A DNA stretch of 64,000 nucleotides, taken from Myxococcota bacterium (GTDB lineage: Bacteria > Myxococcota_A > UBA796 > SXON01). The stretch lies in assembly GCA_040386535.1 (NCBI GenBank), contig JAZKFH010000076.1, positions 1 to 64,000 of the forward strand. The letters are read 5' to 3'. Below the pieces are notes generated by a model. That model saw nothing but the letters and a program-made list of their open reading frames with translations. It had not been told where the DNA came from and ran no database searches. This document shows, piece by piece, positions 56,535 to 64,000 of the stretch (position 1 is its first letter; each line of letters opens with the position of its first letter). Made by a program: the position numbers and the translations under genes.

Positions 56535-57440
56535 ATGTACCCGACCCTCCATACGCAGCAGACAGCTTTTGGCGAGGTCCCCTACAACAGCTGGGGCCTG
56601 ATGATCACGCTCGCGTTCCTCGCGGCGGTGATCGTGTCGCACCGGCGCGCGGGGCGCGTGGGCATCGACCCCGACAAGATGGTGGGCGTGTACCTCGTCG
56701 CGATCGTGCTGGGCCTCGCGGGCGCGCGGCTCCTGCACTTTCTCATGGCGACGCCGGACGTGTTCTTCGCCGATCCGATGATCTTCTTCCGCCTGTGGCA
56801 GGGCGGCTTTGCCTTCTACGGCGGGTTCATCCTCGCGGGCGTCGGGACCGTGCTGTACGCGATGCGCAAGGGCATCGACGCGTGGAAGCTGGCCGACGTC
56901 ATCGGGCCCACGGTCATGCTCGGGCTCGCCTTCGGCCGGATCGGCTGCTTCCTCGCGGGGTGTTGCCACGGCGCGCAGTTCGACCTGCCGGCGAACGCCA
57001 CGCCCCTGTTCCCCGACACCTTCAGCGGCGGCCAGCTCTTCGCGTTCGGGCATTTCCCGTTCCTCGGCGAGATGACCCGCCACGGCGTGGGCCACAACAA
57101 CGTGGTCGTGTACCCGACGCAACTGTGGGAGTCGTTCGCGGCCCTGACGATCTTCGCGATCACGTCGTTGGTGTGGCGCTACCGCAAGTTCGACGGGCAG
57201 GTCATCGCCGCGGTGCTGATCCTCTACTCGATCTGGCGGCCGATCAACGAGTCGATGCGCGGCGACGAGGTGCGCGGGCTCGACTACTTCGGCCTGTTCA
57301 CGACCTCGCAGCTCATCTCGATTCCGGTGGCCGTGGGGGGGCTCGCGATCGTCGCGTTGCAGTTCCGCAAGGGCGTGAAGCCCGAGACGCCGTTCCGCCA
57401 CGAGGAAGAGCCGGAGACCGCGTCCGCGCCTCGGTTGTAG
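56535..57440 (+). CDS. lgt: Prolipoprotein diacylglyceryl transferase
   Basis: GARL, WQGG..FYGG, GRIGCFLAGCC.G, PTQL.E and R...E..RGD. Confidence 0.92.
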   Translation: MYPTLHTQQTAFGEVPYNSWGLMITLAFLAAVIVSHRRAGRVGIDPDKMVGVYLVAIVLGLAGARLLHFLMATPDVFFADPMIFFRLWQGGFAFYGGFILAGVGTVLYAMRKGIDAWKLADVIGPTVMLGLAFGRIGCFLAGCCHGAQFDLPANATPLFPDTFSGGQLFAFGHFPFLGEMTRHGVGHNNVVVYPTQLWESFAALTIFAITSLVWRYRKFDGQVIAAVLILYSIWRPINESMRGDEVRGLDYFGLFTTSQLISIPVAVGGLAIVALQFRKGVKPETPFRHEEEPETASAPRL

Positions 57441-57450
57441 GCTTGAGGGG

Positions 57451-58530
57451 CTAACGGTCGGTGTGCACGAACGGCGGCGACGACGCCCCGTCCCGCGCGG
57501 GCGGATAGCGGTCGATCCACGCGTCGATGACGGGGAAGATCTCGGTGGGTGCGCGCTCGCCGAGCCCGAGATCGAGGTGCCCGTAGTCGGAGCCGAGGCC
57601 GGAGACCACGCCGGCGCGGAACACCTCGACCGGGCCGCCGAACGCCGGCGCGTAGGCCTCGACCCAGGCGGGCGCGACGAGGCGATCGCCCATCCCCACG
57701 ATGAGGGAGACGGGCACCTTCACCTGGGCCAGCAGGTCGAGGTAGCCGATCTTGCCGTCCCAGCTCTGGAACCGCTCGTCGCGGATCATGCGGAAGAAGT
57801 GCCGCATCTCGCCGCGCGACATCGGGCTCACGATGGTGCGGAGCATGCGGTCGAGCGTGCCGGGCTCGAAGTTGGCGGGGTTGTAGAGCCGCTCCTGGAT
57901 GGTGAACTTGAGCGGCCCGCGGCTCATGTCGGCGGCCATCGACGCGAACGGCACGCTGTCCATCGAGCTGAGCGCGAACCCGCCCGCCGCGAGGCCCGCC
58001 TGCGCCCAGCCCATGATCGGATCGTCCTTGGTGAACGTGCCCGGGCTGCCGACGAACACCATCGCGGAGAGGTTGTCCGCGCCGCCGGTGGCCGCGTAGA
58101 TCGCGCTCACCATGCCGCCCATGGAGTGCGCCACGAGGGCCACCTGGTCGTAGCCGGTGCAGGCGCGCACGTGGTCGACGGCGGCGGCGAGGTCGTACCG
58201 CCCGTAGTCGTCCACCCGCCAGCCCATCAGCTGCGGCTGGCCCTGCTTGTCGACCGTGGCGGCGCCGTGGCCGCGCAGATCGAGCAGCCACACGTCGTGC
58301 CCGCGCGCCTGGAGCCATGCCGCCAGGGAGTGCTCGGGATCGAGGTCCCAGAAGGTGTGGTTGCTGGAGATGCCGTGCAGCAGCACCACCGGGGGGCCGC
58401 TGGCCGCGTGGTGGTGCAAGGCGATGGTGGCGCCGTCCTTTGTCGCGACGCGGGTTGTGCGCGCGAGCTCACAATGTGAGCGGTCCGAGGGTTCGGTGTC
58501 CCAGCAACCCAGGACGAGCAGGAGCCACAT
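57451..58530 (-). CDS. Alpha/beta hydrolase lipoprotein
   Basis: LLHG, DLRGHG, AHSMGG, D, and YGHLD catalytic-triad motifs. Confidence 0.9.
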   Translation of the reverse strand: MWLLLVLGCWDTEPSDRSHCELARTTRVATKDGATIALHHHAASGPPVVLLHGISSNHTFWDLDPEHSLAAWLQARGHDVWLLDLRGHGAATVDKQGQPQLMGWRVDDYGRYDLAAAVDHVRACTGYDQVALVAHSMGGMVSAIYAATGGADNLSAMVFVGSPGTFTKDDPIMGWAQAGLAAGGFALSSMDSVPFASMAADMSRGPLKFTIQERLYNPANFEPGTLDRMLRTIVSPMSRGEMRHFFRMIRDERFQSWDGKIGYLDLLAQVKVPVSLIVGMGDRLVAPAWVEAYAPAFGGPVEVFRAGVVSGLGSDYGHLDLGLGERAPTEIFPVIDAWIDRYPPARDGASSPPFVHTDR

Positions 58531-58581
58531 CGATTAGAAGGTACCGCCCGCCGGAGCGTGCCGCACGCGCCAGGAGGCCGG

Positions 58582-59880
58582 ATGTTTTCGCCGATGTTCC
58601 AGCTGTTGTCGCTTCTCCTGACCCTCCCCACCGCCTCGGCCGCCTCGCTCGAGGAGGCGTGGGCCGCCGCGGAGGAGGGTGGCACCGAGCTCCGCATGGT
58701 CAAGGAGCAGCGCGTGCAGGCGGAGACGGTCAAGGTGCAGGCGTGGTCGCTGCTCTCGCCCAAGCTCGTGCTCGGCGGCACCTACACGATCAACGAGTAC
58801 GAGATCGCCATCGATTTCGCCGAGATGATCCCCGAGGAGTTCCAGGACTTCATCGAGGCCGGCGAGCCTATCGTCGTGAACAAGAAGGAGTACCTCGCCT
58901 GGAACGCGAGCGTGATCCAGCCCCTGTTCTCCGGCCAGGCCCTGCCGCTGTTCTCCGGCGCCACGCAGATGGTGCGGGCCAGCCGCCTCGACGAGACGGC
59001 GCAACGCGCCAACGTTCGCACCGGCATCGCCCAGGCCTACTACGGCGTGGTGGTCGCGCGCGAGGCCGTCGGTCTGGCCGAGCGCGCCCTGGCCCACGCG
59101 AAGAAGCACCAGTCCCTCGCCAACCAGCAGGTCGACGTGGGGCTGGCCCCGCCCACGGCCAAGCTCCAGGCCGAGATCGGCGTGTCCCGCACCGAGCGCT
59201 CGCTCGCGGCCGCGCGCCAGGGCAAGGGCACCGCCGAGGAGGCCCTCGCGCGGCTCACCGGCTGGCCCATCGACACGCCGGTGGCGCTGCCCGCCGAGCG
59301 CGCCCTCCCCTACACGACCCGCGACATCGCCGAGGAGCGCGCCCAGTCCCATCGTCCCGAGATCCAATCCGCCGAACACATGGCCCGCGCCGCCAAGTAC
59401 GGCCGCGCCGCCGCCAACCTCGCGTGGCTCCCAACCCTCGATGGCCGCTTCACCTGGAGCTACAACGAGAACACGGGCTTCTCCGACGACAAGGACATGT
59501 GGCAGGTCGTGTTCATGGCGGACTGGGTGTTGTGGGACGGCGGCGCCCGCATCGCCCAGCAGCAGAAGCGGGCGAGCGAGGCGCGCATGGCCGGCTTGGC
59601 CGCCGAACGCGTGCGGGAGACGACGAACGAGCAGGTCCGCAGCGCGTGGGGTGCGTACGAGAGCGCGAAGGTGGCGCTGGCGTCGGTCGAGCGGGAGGTC
59701 GAGCTCTCCAAGGAGAACCTTCGTTTGGTCGAGGTCGGGTTTGCCGCGGGGAGCCTTTCGTTCCTGGAAGTCGAGGATGCGCGGGTGGGGTTGCTTTCGG
59801 CGGAGTTGGGGGCGTTGCAGGAGAGGACTACGCGGGATTTGGCGGCTTTGACCTTGCTGGCGGCTACGGGGGATTTGTAG
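58582..59880 (+). CDS. TolC-family outer membrane channel
   Basis: QPLFSG, AQAYY, RPEI, LWDGG and GSLSFLEV.DAR, with an AGGAGG RBS. Confidence 0.9.
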   Translation: MFSPMFQLLSLLLTLPTASAASLEEAWAAAEEGGTELRMVKEQRVQAETVKVQAWSLLSPKLVLGGTYTINEYEIAIDFAEMIPEEFQDFIEAGEPIVVNKKEYLAWNASVIQPLFSGQALPLFSGATQMVRASRLDETAQRANVRTGIAQAYYGVVVAREAVGLAERALAHAKKHQSLANQQVDVGLAPPTAKLQAEIGVSRTERSLAAARQGKGTAEEALARLTGWPIDTPVALPAERALPYTTRDIAEERAQSHRPEIQSAEHMARAAKYGRAAANLAWLPTLDGRFTWSYNENTGFSDDKDMWQVVFMADWVLWDGGARIAQQQKRASEARMAGLAAERVRETTNEQVRSAWGAYESAKVALASVEREVELSKENLRLVEVGFAAGSLSFLEVEDARVGLLSAELGALQERTTRDLAALTLLAATGDL

Positions 59881-60023
59881 GGGGGGTGGGGCCCGCCGCG
59901 CCGGGGCGCGCGGCGGGGGTGGCGGCCCTTCGGGTCCGCTGGGCCAGCGCCTCCTCGCGGAACGCCGGGGTGGATTTGGGGGTGTCCGGTCGCCGGAGGT
60001 GGGCCACGGCGAGTGCTGCACCA

Positions 60024-63000
60024 TCAGAGGGTGAAGTTGAGGTATTGAACAGCCTCACCCTTGTGAGTTCGAATGTTGCATCGTATGTACTCATCCAACT
60101 CGCCCCACACAGCGTACACCTCCGGGCCAGTCATTTCGGACACCTCCGAAACCCTCGAACCGATGCCCCCAATTGACGTCCCCAGCCGGAGCCCAGTGCC
60201 GTCACTTCCGAGGAGCCAACGGTCGTGAATGGGAAACTGCTTCGACTGCTTGGTGGAGAGGAGCAGGAACAGAGTAGAAGGAGGCTCGGCCGCCGACACA
60301 TCCAAGCGCCAACTGCGAAGGAACGCATCGTCGTAGTCCCCTGCGGGCACGCTCTTGTCGACGTGTGATCGCCAAGTAAGGACGGTGATGCGTTTCACCT
60401 TCGCCGGCATCCAACGCAGAACCGGGAGCTCGTCCAGTCCAAAATAGGGATCGCAGATGCGGACCTCGTCACAAGCGCGTGTCCTGAGCCACCGCTCAAC
60501 GAACTCAAGCCCTCTTTCGCGCTCCCCGGGACCGAATATTAGCGTATCGCCTTTGTCGCCAGCCGAGATTTCGACGCTGGAGGCCCTGCGTAGTAGGCTC
60601 TGTACGATTTCGCAAGTCAGGAGCAGCCCGTCAAACAGGGGCCGGACATGTCTGGTTACACCGCTCTTTTCAGAGTGAATCGCACACGCGGAGCCGATGG
60701 CGAGCGCTAGCACCGGGTACCCCTCATTGAGCCCGATGTCCGCGACCTGAGTGAGCGGGCTCCGCATGTACTCAGCCGAGGTGGGCGGCATCTGGCCCGC
60801 ATTCAGCAAACCGAGAGTCTCCCACGCGATCGCCGGAAGCTTGGAAGAGGGTACAGCCTTTGTGGAGTCCCCGAGCTTGCCCCTCGCCTCCAGTTCGCTC
60901 ATGCGGTCCTTCAGCAGCGCTTCACGTCGACGATCCCTTGCTTCATCGTCGTCCAGTGACGAAACGAGCTTTCTGGCAAACTCTGGATCCATCCGGTAGG
61001 CTAGGTCGATCAGCTGCTTCTGCTCATCGCCCGTCCGCTCCTCAACTCCGAGGACATTCCCTCGTTCAAAGGCCCAACGGAGCACCGCTTGTGCCAACCG
61101 AGGGTCCGGCCTCACGGCGGCGCGGACGATCGCCCTTGCCCGCGCATGCCTGTCATGGGCGCTAGGGAGGCCCTTCACGATGACGAAGGCCTCGTTCAAG
61201 AGGACGCTCCTCAGGGTATTCTCTCTCGACGGAAGGGCATCGGCAATCAGCGTGAGCACGAACGCGCTGTCCGCTGAGTTTGGGATCGCCTTGGCACGCC
61301 TAACCAATGGTTCCCACTGTCTGGACTCACGTAGCCTTGCCACCTGAGCCTCGGAAACAATTCTGTAGCCCTCATGTTTGATGAAGCGCGTGTTTGGGTA
61401 CGCCGATGCGATGTATGAGTCGAGCTTTACGGCGATCACTTCGCGCTGTTGCTTCGTGCAACGCTTGGACCCAGATGGCGATGTTAGCGAACGGGAGATG
61501 GTGCGGATGAACGCGAATGCGCTGTCGTCGGACCCAAGTTCCGGAAGAAGGTCGCAGATCTGAACAGCGTCCTCATAGGTGATGTCGTACGTGTTGCTTT
61601 CGGCAGGGGTATACGGGTCGTATAATCCGCGCTTCTGAACGAGGTGCCAAGCGACTGTCTCGAAAGCGTCATCGCGTGCCTGTGGAGAAAGTCCTTTCAA
61701 ATCAGACTTTGCGAGAACGGGGTTGTCCCGGTATAGGATTGGGGCCACGTGAATGAAGCAAGCGTTGCGGTACTCGCTGTCGTCCGAAGAAAGTTTCGAG
61801 AGCTCAGGGCGCACCCTCTCGCGTACTATGCGTGCAAAGTCGTCCAGTCTGCGCGCAAGGTACATGTTCAGCGCGATCCCAGACCAGAGAATCGCTCGGT
61901 CTCCTGGTGATGGCAGGGCGTCGATAAGGGATCCGAGCCGGAATACGTCTTGCTCCGTGTCAATCCTGTGCCGGTACATTCCCGCATGCGCAGAGATGGC
62001 AAGCTGCAGGCAAAGTACATAGGCGTTGGCCTGATCGTCGGTCTGAATCAGGGCGCCAGCGCGCACCCTGTCCGCCCGGTGCAGGTAGTCGGTCGCTAGG
62101 TGGTGTTCGTGTCGGGCCAAGGCGGCGGCAAGGTCATAGGCGATGGAGACCTTCCCCCAAGCAGCGTTAATGGCGTCAAGGGAAGATGACATAGTAGCGC
62201 GCACCGCTGCGACATCCTCTTCCGTGATGTCCGGGCCGCGTGGCAACTGCAGAAGGTCACAGCTCGCGTAACAGCGGATGGCCGCGCCTTCGCATCCCTC
62301 CACTGCCCGGGCTAGCGCAACGAAGGTGCTCCTATCGGCCATAACCTTAGCTTTCCGGAGATCGAGTAGCAGGGTACCCAGAGCCTGCGCACGCACGGAT
62401 GGAGCCACAATCTCAGCCGTTAATAGGAGAAGTTCTTCAACTGGTGGGGACGAAACCGCAGGATGCACGGCATTATTTACGACCGTCTCAAGTGCGGCGT
62501 CGCGGCGGTACTCTGTGTTAAGAGCCGCTGCAAGCGCGCGCGCGATGTCAAGGCGGCCAACGGCAAGGGCGGACAAAACACCCGAGAAAAGCAGTGTCTG
62601 CTCCGCGACTTGCGGAAGTAGCGACTGCACAAGCTTGCTGAGCTCCTCTCGTGCAAGTTCGTCGAGTCCCTCACGAACCAATTCGTGGACGGTAACGTGA
62701 CGGGCGAGGAAGCTAAGCAGATGGGCGAGCGCCTCACATCGAACGATATGGGGGCTTTGCTCGACGCAGTAGTAGTAGCTCTCGACCACACGATTTACCA
62801 TGTCAGCGGTGCTGACGGCGTTGCCCGCGGCCTCGGCCAGGAGCAGTTGCAGTTGGAGGTATTCTACCGTAGGCCCCAACGCGCGTGCGCTGTCCTTGAG
62901 GCCGTCAAACATTTTGATAATGCGGGCGCAGTCTGGCTTCGGCGCGTACGGGAGTGCCGATGCTACTTGGCGGAGATCCCTGGCCGTGGGTGTGTACTCG

Positions 63001-64000
63001 GCGGTGGCGAGCATGTGCTGCAACGCCCATTCCATAACTTGTGTCGCATCCTCTCTCCTCCGGTTGAATGAGATCCATTGCCGTAGCAGAGCGAAGCGGA
63101 AATTGCGGTCATCGATCTTTTCAAGTTCCACCCGGAGCGTGCTGCCGTCTAAATCAGATAGCAAGACTCGCGCCGCGGCATCAACACTCCCCTTCCGCGT
63201 ACCGAAATGTTCCCCGATCCGCTCCGCGGCCGAACGAGCGTCTGCGTCTTGGGCGCCTCGGTTACGAGCGACCAAATAGATTTCGGTAAGCTCGAAAGGA
63301 TGGGTTTCCTTGTGGTTTGGCACCTGCGCCACAAGCTCACTTGCCAAGTCAGGTAGGCTGTAGATCAAGTCCCGGGCGATGTCGATGGCGCGCTCTCCCA
63401 ACGCCTTCTTGTCCACGCTGAGGTAGACCTGCCGGATTTGGTCGAGCAGTTCGGGAGCAGGAGCCAGGCCGTCCTCACGGCTCAGGCGCGCGAGAACAGC
63501 AAGTAGGTGAAGCCTATCCTCCGCGAGAACTGCACCCTGTGCAACGGCAAGCGCGCGATTGACTTCGCCCATCTTAAAAAGCGCGTCTACTTGTGCTCGG
63601 CACGTACTTGCGTAGCCCAGATCAGCCAAGGCGCTTCGTTGTAGCGCGAAGCGCACTGCGTCCGGATCACGGTTGCTCCCCAGCGCCGCTTTGAAGCCGA
63701 GGAGTGCGCCTTTGCGGAGTGGGTAGACTGATTTGTACTGGTCGAACGCGATATCGAAGTACTCTGCGGTAAGGAAACCAAGTAGATCTTCGTGTCGCCC
63801 AGATTCGTATAGGTCTCCTGGGAGGCGCCTGATTGTGCCCTCCGCGCGGGGGTCATCAAGCAACGACGTGATTACCGCGGATTGAATCTCTTTTCGGTGG
63901 GCGGCGAGCTTGCGTGAAGCGAACTCGCGCATGGCTTCCGACTTGTAGACGGCGCGACCCTTGTCGTCCTCGTGTATAAATTCTGCCCCCTGCACTGTAG
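60024..64000 (-). CDS. Giant (>1320 aa, 5'-truncated) helical-repeat protein with C-terminal PLD-like domain
   Basis: The frame stays open to the window edge and GC content is visibly lower. C-terminal ICDPYF...IHDRW...LGTS motifs. Confidence 0.8.
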   Translation of the reverse strand, partial: TVQGAEFIHEDDKGRAVYKSEAMREFASRKLAAHRKEIQSAVITSLLDDPRAEGTIRRLPGDLYESGRHEDLLGFLTAEYFDIAFDQYKSVYPLRKGALLGFKAALGSNRDPDAVRFALQRSALADLGYASTCRAQVDALFKMGEVNRALAVAQGAVLAEDRLHLLAVLARLSREDGLAPAPELLDQIRQVYLSVDKKALGERAIDIARDLIYSLPDLASELVAQVPNHKETHPFELTEIYLVARNRGAQDADARSAAERIGEHFGTRKGSVDAAARVLLSDLDGSTLRVELEKIDDRNFRFALLRQWISFNRRREDATQVMEWALQHMLATAEYTPTARDLRQVASALPYAPKPDCARIIKMFDGLKDSARALGPTVEYLQLQLLLAEAAGNAVSTADMVNRVVESYYYCVEQSPHIVRCEALAHLLSFLARHVTVHELVREGLDELAREELSKLVQSLLPQVAEQTLLFSGVLSALAVGRLDIARALAAALNTEYRRDAALETVVNNAVHPAVSSPPVEELLLLTAEIVAPSVRAQALGTLLLDLRKAKVMADRSTFVALARAVEGCEGAAIRCYASCDLLQLPRGPDITEEDVAAVRATMSSSLDAINAAWGKVSIAYDLAAALARHEHHLATDYLHRADRVRAGALIQTDDQANAYVLCLQLAISAHAGMYRHRIDTEQDVFRLGSLIDALPSPGDRAILWSGIALNMYLARRLDDFARIVRERVRPELSKLSSDDSEYRNACFIHVAPILYRDNPVLAKSDLKGLSPQARDDAFETVAWHLVQKRGLYDPYTPAESNTYDITYEDAVQICDLLPELGSDDSAFAFIRTISRSLTSPSGSKRCTKQQREVIAVKLDSYIASAYPNTRFIKHEGYRIVSEAQVARLRESRQWEPLVRRAKAIPNSADSAFVLTLIADALPSRENTLRSVLLNEAFVIVKGLPSAHDRHARARAIVRAAVRPDPRLAQAVLRWAFERGNVLGVEERTGDEQKQLIDLAYRMDPEFARKLVSSLDDDEARDRRREALLKDRMSELEARGKLGDSTKAVPSSKLPAIAWETLGLLNAGQMPPTSAEYMRSPLTQVADIGLNEGYPVLALAIGSACAIHSEKSGVTRHVRPLFDGLLLTCEIVQSLLRRASSVEISAGDKGDTLIFGPGERERGLEFVERWLRTRACDEVRICDPYFGLDELPVLRWMPAKVKRITVLTWRSHVDKSVPAGDYDDAFLRSWRLDVSAAEPPSTLFLLLSTKQSKQFPIHDRWLLGSDGTGLRLGTSIGGIGSRVSEVSEMTGPEVYAVWGELDEYIRCNIRTHKGEAVQYLNFTL

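Noticed and set aside
58582..59880. Efflux or type I secretion system
   Set aside because: TolC is alone, with no membrane fusion protein or transporter adjacent. Orphan TolC genes are common.
1..64000. tRNA, rRNA or riboswitch
   Set aside because: None was recognised by eye. tRNAscan-SE or Infernal would be needed to exclude them.

Overview
Very GC-rich bacterial chromosomal window, most likely Myxococcota or a relative (MYXO-CTERM tail, Oar-type TonB-dependent transporter, FHA-sigma54 activator, FG-GAP/MopE-repeat lipoprotein). About 50 genes are supported, all assigned by eye from motifs with no database searches. They include housekeeping genes (pheT, infA, tgt, a CCA-type nucleotidyltransferase, lgt, XPB helicase, radC), Ser/Thr signalling genes, a vapBC-type toxin-antitoxin pair and many exported proteins. 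No rRNA, tRNA, CRISPR array or transposase was recognised. Highlights: (1) many lipoproteins have ultra-short, uncharged signal peptides (Cys at position 8-11), and the window carries a variant Lgt; (2) a divergent locus pairs an Oar-like transporter plus two Cys-rich lipoproteins with a putative TIMP-like OB-fold protein plus a MYXO-CTERM matrixin protease; (3) a CotH kinase / heme-c / Tat-DUF1501 lipoprotein cluster; (4) several apparent pseudoenzymes (FbaB, ArsC, TlpA, kinase-PP2C); (5) frequent -10 boxes directly before start codons, suggesting leaderless mRNAs; (6) a sigma54 promoter on radC beside an FHA activator and a hairpin repeat array; (7) a lower-GC, window-truncated giant helical protein with a C-terminal PLD-like domain, a candidate defence gene; (8) several intergenic repeat families, including a MITE-like insertion.
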